Shown here piece after piece: positions 8,807 to 18,317 of a stretch of 41,553 nucleotides of DNA; within the stretch, counting starts at the first letter, position 1, and each line of letters starts with the position of its first letter. The DNA is from a virus. The position numbers were made by a program, and so were the translations under genes. The DNA is taken from UHGV virus genome UHGV-0389665, one strand, 5' to 3'. The notes beneath the pieces are model-generated. The model made no database searches, had not been told where the DNA came from, and saw only the letters and a program-made list of their open reading frames with translations.

Positions 8807-10228
8807 ATGGTACTTGAAGCGATCAAGAAACTGATCAAGAAACATATGGCAGGGCATGGGGACTTCCTAATGCGGGCAGAGACTGCGAAACGGTATTACC
8901 GAAACAAGACGGATATTCTGATGAAACCGCTTAAAAAGAAGGAGTCGGACCCAGGGGAAAACCCGCTCCGTAATGCGGACAATCGGATCCCATTCAACTT
9001 CCATGGCCTCCTGGTGAACCAAAAAGCCTCCTACATGTTCACAGCTCCGCCGCTGTTTGATCTTGGGAGCAAGCAGGCAAATAAGGCTCTCACAACGTTC
9101 TTGGGTGACAAATATGCAAAGGCATGCAAGGACCTGTGCATAGATGCATCAAATGCTACGGTGGCCTGGTTGCATCTTTGGAAAGATAAGACATCCGGAA
9201 GATATAAGTATGCAGTTGTCCCTTCCGGGGAGATCGTTCCAGTATGGAGTAAGAGCCTGGAGAAGGAACTGATGGGGGTGCTCCGCTGCTATCATGATGT
9301 GACAGATGAGGGCGAGGAGCTTGACGTGTATGAATACTGGAATGACAAGGAGTGCCAGGCCTATGCAGTACCAGCCGGGTTTACGATTGATGAAGGGCTT
9401 ATGCCATATTACTCGTTTACTGTGATCGATACGGATGGGAGCAGCAGCCAGTCCAACCAGTTTACACATGATGTCGGGGAAGTACCGTTCTTTCCATTCT
9501 TCAATAATAACACAGATACAGGGGATCTTGATGATATCAAGCCACTGATCGATGTATACTGCAAGGTGTTCAGTGATTTTGTCAATGATCTGGAGGATAT
9601 CCAGGAGGTCATCTTCGTTCTGACGAATTACGGTGGGGAAGACCTGGGGCAATTTCTGCGGGAATTGAAGGATTACAAGGCGATTCAGATAGAGAGCGAA
9701 GGTGGGGAAGACAGGTCTGGCGTTTCCACCTTGACCATTGAACTTCCGGTGGAAGCACGGGAGAAACTGCTTATGATCACCAGAAAGTGCATCTTTGAGC
9801 AGGGAAAAGGGATCGACCCGGATCCGCAGAACTTTGGAAACAGCTCAGGCGTTGCCCTGGGCTTTCTTTATTCCCTGCTGGAACTCAAGGCCGGCTTGAT
9901 GGAGACTGAATTCAAATTGGGCTTTGGCCGGTTCATCCGCTGTGCCTGTCGGGTAATGGGCATCCCGATCAAGGACGATACCATCATCCAAACATGGACC
10001 AGGACGAGTGTCAAAAACGATTTGGAGGAGGCCCAGATCGCATCTCAGAGCAAAGGCGTGATCGCAGATGAGGACATTGTGCGCAAGCATCCATGGGTGG
10101 AAGACTTTGAGCGGAGCTGGAAGGCATTCCAGGAGCAGGAGGAGAAAGGAAAGGAAGAAATTTCCGATATGTTTCCGCAGCAAAAGAAAGATCCCGATGC
10201 TCCAGATGATCAAGGTGGTGATGGATAA
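8807..10228 (+). CDS. portal protein (SPP1 gp6-like)
   Basis: 473 aa immediately after the terminase and before the MuF protein. GAGGTGAG RBS before ATG 8807. Confidence 0.8.
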   Translation: MVLEAIKKLIKKHMAGHGDFLMRAETAKRYYRNKTDILMKPLKKKESDPGENPLRNADNRIPFNFHGLLVNQKASYMFTAPPLFDLGSKQANKALTTFLGDKYAKACKDLCIDASNATVAWLHLWKDKTSGRYKYAVVPSGEIVPVWSKSLEKELMGVLRCYHDVTDEGEELDVYEYWNDKECQAYAVPAGFTIDEGLMPYYSFTVIDTDGSSSQSNQFTHDVGEVPFFPFFNNNTDTGDLDDIKPLIDVYCKVFSDFVNDLEDIQEVIFVLTNYGGEDLGQFLRELKDYKAIQIESEGGEDRSGVSTLTIELPVEAREKLLMITRKCIFEQGKGIDPDPQNFGNSSGVALGFLYSLLELKAGLMETEFKLGFGRFIRCACRVMGIPIKDDTIIQTWTRTSVKNDLEEAQIASQSKGVIADEDIVRKHPWVEDFERSWKAFQEQEEKGKEEISDMFPQQKKDPDAPDDQGGDG

Positions 10229-11832
10229 TGGCCGGGTACTGGGAGCAGCGTCAGCTTGAAACGTATAAGGCCGGGGAAATGCAGGTCAATCAGTATTTCT
10301 CCAAGCTGGAGAAAGCGTTCAACCAGACTAAGCGTGAATTACAGAAAACGGTAGAATCCTTTTACTGGCGCTATGCAGAAGAAAACGGGCTGACCTATGC
10401 GGCGGCTCAAAGGCAGCTTGACAAGGCAGAAATCGGGGAATTGCAGGATTTCATCGAGCTCTCCATGAAGAATATCGGGAAGTATAATCAGGAGGTCAAT
10501 AACCTGTCTATCAAGGCCAGGATGACCCGCTACCAGGCATTGGAGGCCCAGGTAGATGCCATGCTGCGGCAGCTTTACGCCGTGGACTATCAGGCAGAAG
10601 CAGAGAAGACCATGCAGGAGGTGTACGGAGAGGCTTATAATCGCACCTGGTACAACATCGATCAGTACCGTGGGTTCCATTCCAATTTTGCACAGGTGGA
10701 CCCGGCGGCCGTTGAAAGGCTCCTGGAGTACCCCTTCAACGGCGCCAATTTCTCCAGCCGTCTGTGGAAGCAGAAGGACCATCTCCAAACGGTACTGATG
10801 GAGGCCGTCACAACCATTTTGGTACAAGGAGTCCCGCCACAGAAGCTGGCGGCTGATTTTGCTAAGAAGATGAATTCCAAGAAGTTTGATGCATACCGTC
10901 TGCTACACACAGAGAGTTCCTTCTTGATAAGCGAGGCCACTCATGCCGGGTATCAAGCGGATGATGTGGAGAAATACCAGATCTTGGCCACGCTGGACAG
11001 CAAGACCTGCGGTATCTGTGGGGATCTGGACGGGAAAATCTATTCAGTGGAAGAAGCGGTAACGGGAAAGAATATGCCGCCGTTCCATTGTTTCTGCAGG
11101 TGCACGGATGTACCATACTATGATGACACAGACCTGGAGGACCTGACCCGCGTAGCAAGGGATCCGGAAACCGGAAAAGTCTATGAGGTGCCGGCAGATA
11201 TGACTTACCCTGAGTGGAAGCAAAAGTATATAAAAAAGGGGGAGGAAATAAAACAGAAGAAGGCGGACTATCTGGTCAGGAATAACAAAACAGCTGGAAA
11301 CACAACAAAGGAAAGGTTGACGGCAAATGAGGCGATCGCTTCAGTTCCTCCAAGGGTTCAGGAGCAGATCCACTCTGGTACGATCATTGATGTGGGCCAG
11401 ATTGGCTCTAGTCAGTACGACTATACTCGTGATATACTGTATGTAGCAAAAGGGGCAGAGAAGGAAGATATCGTTCATGAGATCGGTCATATGGTTGAAA
11501 ATAGAATGATGGATCCCGATAAAATAACTCAGATCAGGAAGAAGATAATAGGAGAAGTTGACATCTGGGATATAAAAACGGAGACGTATTATGATAATGA
11601 GGGCAATCCGGTCGATATATTTCTTCTGGAAAATGACAGGTTTGTATCTCAGTATCAGGGGAGGATATATGCTGATACTATATGGGATGCATTTGATAAC
11701 GATGGGAATTTTCGTGATGAACTGATGATGGAGTTTGTGTCAGAGCCGTTTCGGGAATACATTGCAGATCCGGAAGTGGTTAAGGGCAAATGTCGAGAAC
11801 TTTATGATCTGATCGAGGAGGCTGTGAAATGA
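10228..11832 (+). CDS. head morphogenesis / minor capsid protein (Phage_Mu_F, SPP1 gp7 family) with about 240-aa C-terminal extension containing HEIGH (HExxH)
   Basis: MuF signature CGICGDLDGKIYSVEEAV...MPPFHCFCRCT at nt 10990-11106. HEIGH at nt 11476-11490 lies in the C-terminal extension. Confidence 0.85.
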   Translation: MAGYWEQRQLETYKAGEMQVNQYFSKLEKAFNQTKRELQKTVESFYWRYAEENGLTYAAAQRQLDKAEIGELQDFIELSMKNIGKYNQEVNNLSIKARMTRYQALEAQVDAMLRQLYAVDYQAEAEKTMQEVYGEAYNRTWYNIDQYRGFHSNFAQVDPAAVERLLEYPFNGANFSSRLWKQKDHLQTVLMEAVTTILVQGVPPQKLAADFAKKMNSKKFDAYRLLHTESSFLISEATHAGYQADDVEKYQILATLDSKTCGICGDLDGKIYSVEEAVTGKNMPPFHCFCRCTDVPYYDDTDLEDLTRVARDPETGKVYEVPADMTYPEWKQKYIKKGEEIKQKKADYLVRNNKTAGNTTKERLTANEAIASVPPRVQEQIHSGTIIDVGQIGSSQYDYTRDILYVAKGAEKEDIVHEIGHMVENRMMDPDKITQIRKKIIGEVDIWDIKTETYYDNEGNPVDIFLLENDRFVSQYQGRIYADTIWDAFDNDGNFRDELMMEFVSEPFREYIADPEVVKGKCRELYDLIEEAVK

Positions 11833-12026
11833 ATCAAAAAGAGGAACTGTTAAAGATCACTACATACGAGGAATTTGATCGGCGCAGAGAAGAATTTCGT
11901 GGGTTAAAAATGGATGAGGATGTAAAGGATCACCTTTCAAAAATATTTCCCAAGTGTTATGGGGGAAAGGAAGAACTTTACAAGACACGGCCACAGCCGG
12001 GAAAGAAAAAGATCATAGGAAGATAA
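11829..12026 (+). CDS. hypothetical small protein
   Basis: 65-aa ORF with ATG overlapping the MuF stop (ATGA). Confidence 0.45.
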   Translation: MNQKEELLKITTYEEFDRRREEFRGLKMDEDVKDHLSKIFPKCYGGKEELYKTRPQPGKKKIIGR

Positions 12027-12091
12027 CCACCAGTCAGTAATGGCCGGTGGTATTTTATTGCTGCGATATCGCAGCGGAAAGAAAGGACAAA

Positions 12092-12391
12092 ATGAAGAGA
12101 TTATTTATTTCGCAGCCAATGAGAGACAAGACAGATGAACAGATCCTTGCGGAGAGAGAAAAGGCCGTCCGGTCAGCCAAAGAGTATTTAGGAGAAGAAG
12201 TGGAAGTAATTGATACTTTCTATACGGATTTCCCTGAAGGTACAAAGCCATTAGAATATCTGGCAAGAAGCATCAAGGATCTGGCCACTGCTGATGTTGC
12301 CTACTTTGCGCCTGGATGGAATGAGTTCAGGGGATGTAAGATCGAGCACATGTGTGCAGTGGAGTATGGAATGGATCGGATTGAGGAATAA
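12092..12391 (+). CDS. DUF4406-like (nucleoside 2-deoxyribosyltransferase-like fold) protein
   Basis: MKRLFISQPMRDK...VAYFAPGWNEFRGCKIEHMCAVEYGM resembles phage DUF4406 proteins. An upstream extension to 12047 is possible. Confidence 0.5.
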   Translation: MKRLFISQPMRDKTDEQILAEREKAVRSAKEYLGEEVEVIDTFYTDFPEGTKPLEYLARSIKDLATADVAYFAPGWNEFRGCKIEHMCAVEYGMDRIEE

Positions 12392-12392
12392 G

Positions 12393-12424
12393 CACGCAGG
12401 GGTATCTTGGGTGTTATTTTTATG
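12393..12424 (+). terminator. intrinsic terminator (copy 1 of duplicated hairpin)
   Basis: ACACGCAGG-ggtat-CTTGGGTGT stem (8/9 pairs including one G-U) followed by TATTTTT. Confidence 0.5.
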
Positions 12425-12435
12425 GAGGAAGAGAT

Positions 12436-12621
12436 ATGTTATTTAGACTTGGATTGTCAGACAATAGGGAAGTCACGGTCAAGAGTGAAAAGGATCCAAA
12501 TGCCTTAGCGGAGTGGATCAATGCTGTTTGCGGTGAACTGGGATTTGTATCCTGTGAGACACCAGAAGGTAAATCACTTCTTGTCAGGGTCAGTGAAATA
12601 CGCACTTTAACGGAGGTATAA
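12436..12621 (+). CDS. hypothetical 61-aa protein bracketed by duplicated terminators
   Basis: GGAGGAAGAG RBS then ATG. Flanked on both sides by near-identical terminator sequences. Confidence 0.45.
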   Translation: MLFRLGLSDNREVTVKSEKDPNALAEWINAVCGELGFVSCETPEGKSLLVRVSEIRTLTEV

Positions 12622-12658
12622 ACACGCAGGATCTTATCTTGGGTGTTATTTTTTCGCC
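12622..12658 (+). terminator. intrinsic terminator (copy 2 of duplicated hairpin)
   Basis: ACACGCAGG-atcttat-CTTGGGTGT followed by TATTTTTT. The same stem as at 12393. Confidence 0.5.
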
Positions 12659-12746
12659 TTCCTGGTATCCCAGGCGCAAAAGAGGGAGACATCACCGGAC
12701 ACGACCGGGACAACAAGTGAAGATGAATCGAAAGGAGCAGTAAGCC

Positions 12747-13340
12747 ATGAAAAAAGAAGACTTAGTGGCAAAGGGATTAACAGAGGAGCAGGCCCAGGCA
12801 GTCCTGGATGTGTGGAATGAAACCATGAAAGGATTTATTCCAAAGGAACGCTTCGATGAGGTCAGCGGGAAGCTGAAGGAAGCCAATTCAACTATTGAAA
12901 CGTTGAAGAAAAACAATACGGATAACGAGGCGCTTCAGAAGGAAGTCACCACATACAAGGAAAAAGTAAAGACTTTGGAAGAGGCGGCTGCCAATACGGT
13001 AAAGGAATATGCGCTGAAAGACAAATTGAAAGAGGCTGGTGCGGTCGATGCCAATTACATCATTTATAAGCAGGGTGGCCTTGACAAGTTCACATACGAT
13101 AAGGACGGAAACCCCGTTGGGATTGACGATATCGTGAAGCCTCTGAAAGAAGCTTCTCCCCATCTGTTTAAGACAGAGCCAGGAGCAGATTACAAGCCTG
13201 CTGGCAGAGGAACTCCTCCGGCGAAAAATCCATTTGCAAAAGACAGTTTCAATCTGACGGAGCAGGGTAAACTGCTGAAAGAGAATCCGGCCCAGGCCCA
13301 GGTATTGGCAGCAGCAGCTGGAGTAACTATCAATCTATAA
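12747..13340 (+). CDS. phage scaffolding protein (GP20/DUF4355-like)
   Basis: Charged and coiled-coil rich, AQAVLDVWNETMKGFIPKERFDEVSGKLKE. Sits just upstream of the major capsid gene. Confidence 0.75.
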   Translation: MKKEDLVAKGLTEEQAQAVLDVWNETMKGFIPKERFDEVSGKLKEANSTIETLKKNNTDNEALQKEVTTYKEKVKTLEEAAANTVKEYALKDKLKEAGAVDANYIIYKQGGLDKFTYDKDGNPVGIDDIVKPLKEASPHLFKTEPGADYKPAGRGTPPAKNPFAKDSFNLTEQGKLLKENPAQAQVLAAAAGVTINL

Positions 13341-13362
13341 CAGAAAGGATAAGGTGAATTAA

Positions 13363-14370
13363 ATGCCAGGAACAACTTTACAGGACGTTATCGTACCTGA
13401 ACTTTTTAACCCGTATGTGATCAACAGAACCATGGAACTTTCTGCGCTTCTGCAGTGCGGGATCATTGCAAATAACAGCGAATTTGATGCGCTTGCATCG
13501 CAGGCGGCGCCGACCGTCAATATGCCATTCTTCGAGGATCTGACCGGAGAATCTGAACAGGTGATCGAGGGGAACGATCTGACAGACAATAAGATCGCCT
13601 CCAACAAGGATGTGGCGGCTATCATCCGGCGTGCCAAGATGTGGAGCGCTACTGACCTTTCCGCGGCAATGGCCGGTTCCGACCCCATGGCAGCCATTGC
13701 TACATTGGTGGCTCAGTTCTGGGCTAGGGATATGCAGAAAGAACTAATCTCGGAGCTGAACGGTATCTTTGGTACGATCCCGGCTGTGACCGGGGACAAT
13801 CCAGTGGCAGCAGAGACAAGGCTGGACTCCAATCTGCTGGATATCTCAGGTAAGTCTGGAGCAGCGGCAAACTGGAGCGGTAATGCCTTTATTGATGCAG
13901 AACAGAAACTGGGGGATGCCAAAGCGCAGTTGACCGGTATTTGCATGCACAGCGCCACGGAGGCGTATCTGAAAAAGCAGAACCTGATCGCTACTGTACA
14001 GCCCTCCAATGACGTTGCATTTGGTACATATCAGGGTAAACGTGTCATCGTGGATGACGGCTGTCCTGTTGCAAGCGGCGTATATACAACATATCTGTTT
14101 GGTAATGGGGCCGTGGCCTTGGGCAATGGTAACCCGGTAGGATTCGTACCGACCGAAACAGACCGCGCAAAGCGTAAGGGATCGGGAGTGGATTATCTGA
14201 TCAATAGGCGGACCAGCATCCTGCATCCACGAGGGGTTGCGTTTACAAGTGCCTCTGTTGCAAAAACAGAAGGACCATCCAGGGAAGAACTGGCCAAGCC
14301 GGAGAACTGGAAACCGGTATATGAGCCGAAACAGATCAGGATCGTAGCATTTAAACATAAGCTGGGATAG
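13363..14370 (+). CDS. major capsid protein
   Basis: 335 aa directly after the scaffold gene, strong AAGGTGA RBS, followed by head-tail connector genes. Confidence 0.75.
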   Translation: MPGTTLQDVIVPELFNPYVINRTMELSALLQCGIIANNSEFDALASQAAPTVNMPFFEDLTGESEQVIEGNDLTDNKIASNKDVAAIIRRAKMWSATDLSAAMAGSDPMAAIATLVAQFWARDMQKELISELNGIFGTIPAVTGDNPVAAETRLDSNLLDISGKSGAAANWSGNAFIDAEQKLGDAKAQLTGICMHSATEAYLKKQNLIATVQPSNDVAFGTYQGKRVIVDDGCPVASGVYTTYLFGNGAVALGNGNPVGFVPTETDRAKRKGSGVDYLINRRTSILHPRGVAFTSASVAKTEGPSREELAKPENWKPVYEPKQIRIVAFKHKLG

Positions 14371-14380
14371 GAGTAGGGAT

Positions 14381-14758
14381 ATGACATCATCAGAAATGCT
14401 TAAGAAGATCAAGGAAAACTTGGGGCTACTCTCAGATAACAGGCAGGATCTGATGATTTCTGATGTCATCCTGGCGGTATGCGATTATTGCAATCTGGAT
14501 TCGGCGTTTATTCCGGACATACTGGAGCCGATCATCCGTAAGAAAGCAAAGGGGATCATTGATTACGAGGCGGCCAATGGGGCGGGATACTGTCCTGAAG
14601 TCGCCAGCATCAAAGAAGGTGACGGAAGCATCACCTGGGCTCAGACGGAGGGAAATACGAAGGCAAGTATCTATGGCTTATCTGAGAGCGATAAGAAGGG
14701 CCTGCGCAGGCACAGGAGGTTGAGAGGATATGTACAATCCGTATGCAGTGATGTATGA
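14381..14758 (+). CDS. gp6-like head-tail connector protein
   Basis: 125 aa. Position and N-terminal similarity to phage gp6-like DNA-packaging/connector proteins. Confidence 0.6.
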   Translation: MTSSEMLKKIKENLGLLSDNRQDLMISDVILAVCDYCNLDSAFIPDILEPIIRKKAKGIIDYEAANGAGYCPEVASIKEGDGSITWAQTEGNTKASIYGLSESDKKGLRRHRRLRGYVQSVCSDV

Positions 14759-15065
14759 CGCCAGGATGGACGTGTACCGCTGGCAGGATGAAGAGACTGA
14801 TGGGATCACGAAACCGAAGCAGGCGCCGGTGTCTAAAGGCCGGCCCTGCCGGTACAGTTCGTCTGGCCAGGTATCTACGGGGGCTCCGGCCCCGTCCATC
14901 GTAAACAGCCATAAGCTGTTTTGTGGGTTGGAGGAGGATATCCGGGAGGGAGATCATTTGGTAGTTACGCTCCGGGCCGGAAAGGTGATTGAGGTTGATC
15001 TGGGAGAGTGCCATCCGTACACATACCAGTGGCAGTGTGAGATAAGGAGGGATGATGATGCATGA
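14730..15065 (+). CDS. head closure / head-tail adaptor protein
   Basis: 111 aa with a GGAGG RBS. Gene order within the connector module. Confidence 0.55.
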   Translation: MYNPYAVMYDARMDVYRWQDEETDGITKPKQAPVSKGRPCRYSSSGQVSTGAPAPSIVNSHKLFCGLEEDIREGDHLVVTLRAGKVIEVDLGECHPYTYQWQCEIRRDDDA

Positions 15066-15583
15066 GTAATCAAAGCGACAACACAAAAGCATTTTCAGAA
15101 TTCCGCAAAGAGTTACTGGCAATGCTGGGGGACATCCGGGAAATTGACAAGAACGTACTTAACCAGGCGGTGAATGAGGGAGTGGCGTTCGCGAAGAGAA
15201 AGACCCCGACAGGAGATCATCCAAACCCTGTGACATTTACTGTTAAGAATGGACCGAAAGCTGGAACAGAAGTTAGTTTTGATATACATAAAAGTGCGGA
15301 AGCATCAGCCTGTGCTATGGTTGGCGGTTGGTTACGATGGAATTGGCATAAGTTACCAACCAAGAGAACCGGAAGCGGTGTTGAAGCCGAATTGGTCAAT
15401 AATGCTGAATATGCTTCTTTTTGGAACGATGGGCACAACATCAAGAACACAAAGAACGGGCCGTCAAAAGGATGGAAGAAGGGAACAAAAGTCCTGGAAA
15501 AGACCAGTACGTATATTGATAGAAGGATGACGGTCTTGTTTGAAAAAGAAGTTAAGGCGGTGCAGAACAAGCATGATAAATGA
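15062..15583 (+). CDS. HK97 gp10-like tail/neck component
   Basis: 173 aa. Assigned from gene order. Confidence 0.5.
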   Translation: MSNQSDNTKAFSEFRKELLAMLGDIREIDKNVLNQAVNEGVAFAKRKTPTGDHPNPVTFTVKNGPKAGTEVSFDIHKSAEASACAMVGGWLRWNWHKLPTKRTGSGVEAELVNNAEYASFWNDGHNIKNTKNGPSKGWKKGTKVLEKTSTYIDRRMTVLFEKEVKAVQNKHDK

Positions 15584-15980
15584 AATCTATAGAAGTATTG
15601 CCATGGGCCTGAAACGTATTAAGGGCTGTACAGTGCACATGGAGGATGTGCCGCAGAACTTCACGCGGCCGTCCTTTTTGATCGAATTTTATGATCAGAA
15701 TCCTTCCAGAGGAATCAATGGATGTTTGAATAATACTGTCCGGGTAGATGTGCATTATTTCCCAGAAGACAAGCGGGAGAAGAATGAGGAATGCTGGGAG
15801 ATGGGGCAGGGTCTCATGCGGGAACTGTGGATAGATGGTTTCAAGATAAAGAGCAGGAACTTAAAGATCACAGACAGTGTGCTGCATTTTATGTTCGATG
15901 TGTGCTACAGGGAATGCCTGGAGGATACGACACCGGCAATGCAGACTATGTCACAGAAAACAAACATAAAGGAGGAATAA
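15573..15980 (+). CDS. tail completion/terminator-like protein
   Basis: ATG at 15573 overlaps the upstream stop (ATGATAAATGA). Assigned from gene order before the sheath gene. Confidence 0.5.
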   Translation: MINEIYRSIAMGLKRIKGCTVHMEDVPQNFTRPSFLIEFYDQNPSRGINGCLNNTVRVDVHYFPEDKREKNEECWEMGQGLMRELWIDGFKIKSRNLKITDSVLHFMFDVCYRECLEDTTPAMQTMSQKTNIKEE

Positions 15981-15983
15981 CCT

Positions 15984-17027
15984 ATGGCGGGAACATGGGA
16001 ATCCCAAAACAAGGTACTGCCTGGAGCCTATATTAATATCCGGACAAATGAGCCGCTGTCTATTACACCAGGGGACCGCGGGATCGTTGTTATCCTGCAG
16101 GAAATGAGTGCGGGTACTGATGGTGCTATGTATACGATCACGGCAACAGAATCAGCATGGCCAGACGGAGCCACAGCGATAGATAAGAAACTGGCAACAG
16201 AAGCATTGAAAAAGGCTAAAACAGTTATTGTGTATAAACTGCCTGCCACACATGATGCTGATGATGTGACGGCTGCGCTTGCGGCCTTAAAGACCGTATC
16301 GTTTAATGTGCTTTGCTATCCATATGATGGGGATGCAGAGACAGCCAATAAAACAGCTATCGCGACATGGGTCAAGTCCATGAGAGATGATGAGGGCATC
16401 AAATGTCAAGCGGTCCTTGCCAACCATGCGGCAGACAGTGAGGGAATTCTTAATGTAGTGCAGGGGATTGTAATGTCGGACAGTTCAGAACTGTCGGCGG
16501 CTGAAGCAACAGCGTGGGTGGCAGGAGCAACGGCTGGTGCCAGCATTACCACATCTAATACTGGCATGAAGTACGTGGGTGCGGTCGATGTGAGTCCAAG
16601 GATGACAAGATCTGAGATGGAGACAGCTGTCAAGGCAGGGAAGTTTATCTTCAAGGTGGATTCAGCCCAGAATGTTACGGTCGTGTATGATATCAACTCT
16701 CTGACCACGGTCACGGTGGACAAAGGAAAGATGTTTACGAAAAACCGGGTGATCCGAACCCTGGACAATATTGCAAATGATATCACGAGTATCTTTGAGA
16801 GCTGTTATGTAGGCAGGGTTGACAATAACGAGGATGGCCGGTCAATTTTTAAGGCTGCCTTGGTGGATTATTTTAATACCCTTCAGAACATGAGCGCTGT
16901 CCAGGATTTTGAAACAGATGACGTGGTGATCATGGCCGGAACTGACACAGATGCAGTTGCAGTGACTGCCGCCGTGCAGCCCGTTGACAGTGTCGAGAAG
17001 ATATATATAACAGTTAATCTTTCATAA
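15984..17027 (+). CDS. contractile tail sheath protein (XkdK-like)
   Basis: 347 aa. N-terminal LPGAYINIRT motif typical of phage sheath proteins. Followed by the tube gene. Confidence 0.7.
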   Translation: MAGTWESQNKVLPGAYINIRTNEPLSITPGDRGIVVILQEMSAGTDGAMYTITATESAWPDGATAIDKKLATEALKKAKTVIVYKLPATHDADDVTAALAALKTVSFNVLCYPYDGDAETANKTAIATWVKSMRDDEGIKCQAVLANHAADSEGILNVVQGIVMSDSSELSAAEATAWVAGATAGASITTSNTGMKYVGAVDVSPRMTRSEMETAVKAGKFIFKVDSAQNVTVVYDINSLTTVTVDKGKMFTKNRVIRTLDNIANDITSIFESCYVGRVDNNEDGRSIFKAALVDYFNTLQNMSAVQDFETDDVVIMAGTDTDAVAVTAAVQPVDSVEKIYITVNLS

Positions 17028-17038
17028 GGAGGAGCGCA

Positions 17039-17518
17039 ATGGCAGGGAAAAACTACACGAAGCTTGCAGATCTGGTGACAGGAAGCGAGGGCAGCGCATT
17101 TATAACGGTAGATGGACAGAACCGGTATTTCTTTGAACTGTCCAAAATTGAAGCTAATATCGAGTTCACAGTATTAGCTAGAAAGCTGTTGGGACACAGG
17201 ATGAAGCAGCATAAGGTGGTAGGGGCTGAAGGGAAGGGAAATATTACTATGTATAATATCAGTCCTACGTCCTTAGCAGTTTATCAGCAGTATATCAAAG
17301 AAGGAAAGGTGCCGCAGATCAGCATCCAGACCAACAATGAGGATGAGAGTTCCACTATAGGAAGAAGGACGGTTGTTATGCGCAACTGTATCTTAGCTAA
17401 AGTTCCGGTGGCATATCTGGAGGATGGAAGCGAGGACCTGAATACAACAGACTCTGATTTTACATTTGATGATGTGGATGAGCTGGAAAGCTATGTACTT
17501 CCAGAAAACATGAGATAA
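17039..17518 (+). CDS. tail tube protein (XkdM-like)
   Basis: 159 aa directly after the sheath gene. GGAGG RBS. Confidence 0.7.
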   Translation: MAGKNYTKLADLVTGSEGSAFITVDGQNRYFFELSKIEANIEFTVLARKLLGHRMKQHKVVGAEGKGNITMYNISPTSLAVYQQYIKEGKVPQISIQTNNEDESSTIGRRTVVMRNCILAKVPVAYLEDGSEDLNTTDSDFTFDDVDELESYVLPENMR

Positions 17519-17530
17519 AGCATTTATATA

Positions 17531-17559
17531 TTGTCTCATCTAGATTTTGCAGCTATAAT
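17531..17559 (+). promoter_or_regulatory. sigma-A-like promoter (TTGTCT-17-TATAAT) internal to the tail operon, driving the 17591 gene
   Basis: -35 TTGTCT at 17531-36, 17-nt spacer, perfect -10 TATAAT at 17554-59. Confidence 0.45.
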
Positions 17560-17590
17560 AAAGGTATTAATGGGCTTGGGGGATATAGTT

Positions 17591-18304
17591 ATGGAAAGGA
17601 ATAGACGGGGCATTACCTTAAAATTCTTTATATGTTGGACTGTGACAGCAATGGGGCTTGGTTTGGTTTTTAACGGTATTAATAAAACTGGTCAAAGTAT
17701 AGGAAATGTAATATTTCTATCGATATTACTTGGCTTTTTTCTTGGGACAATTATCTTTATGATTATCGTTTTTGTCACCACAAAAAAGGCAGTTAGGAGA
17801 GGTGATCAATTACCATGTGTTACTAAATATGTAAATCCATACATAGTTGAATCTGGCAGCAATGAAGGAGGCCTTCCACAGGTAAGATATGATGATATTT
17901 TCTTACAGAAAGATGAGCGGCTTTTATTTGCGGTTCCAGCAAAGACATTTATTGAGAAAGAACAGGTGATGGGATATGCGGGAGGGAACGCAGGGGTAAG
18001 CATAAGGGTTGCTAAGGGAGTTTCTGTCAGGACTGGAAGCAACAGGGGGAGGACAGTCAGACAGAATGTTATGAAGTTTAATGATGGCGATTATGTTGTG
18101 ACCAATAAAAGAATTGTTTTTGTATCCCAGAATGATGGATTTGAGTATAATTTGAAAAAGATAAGTGCCGCAAAGAAAATTTCGCACGATACTTTTATCA
18201 TATTACAAGGCGGAAAACAAAAAAACATATGTATGGATGAAAGTCAGTTGGAAATTGCTTTTGAACTTACAAAACGTGCGATAAATGAGGCAATGAATAG
18301 TTAA
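17591..18304 (+). CDS. membrane protein with two TM helices and a C-terminal bacterial PH-like (YdbT/bPH-like) domain, encoded inside the tail module
   Basis: AT-rich ORF. TM helices FFICWTVTAMGLGLVF and VIFLSILLGFFLGTIIFMIIVFV. C-terminal GDYVVTNKRIVFVSQNDGFEYNLKKISAAKKIS is bPH-like. GGGGGA RBS 9 nt before ATG 17591. An upstream extension to 17531/17570 is possible. Confidence 0.6.
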   Translation: MERNRRGITLKFFICWTVTAMGLGLVFNGINKTGQSIGNVIFLSILLGFFLGTIIFMIIVFVTTKKAVRRGDQLPCVTKYVNPYIVESGSNEGGLPQVRYDDIFLQKDERLLFAVPAKTFIEKEQVMGYAGGNAGVSIRVAKGVSVRTGSNRGRTVRQNVMKFNDGDYVVTNKRIVFVSQNDGFEYNLKKISAAKKISHDTFIILQGGKQKNICMDESQLEIAFELTKRAINEAMNS

Positions 18305-18317
18305 TAACGAATAGGGG

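Noticed and set aside
12393-12658. CRISPR-like or type III toxin-antitoxin-like tandem repeat
   Set aside because: There are only two copies, each a hairpin plus T-run directly after a stop codon, and the spacing equals one gene. These are duplicated terminators, not a repeat array. No CRISPR array was seen anywhere in the window.
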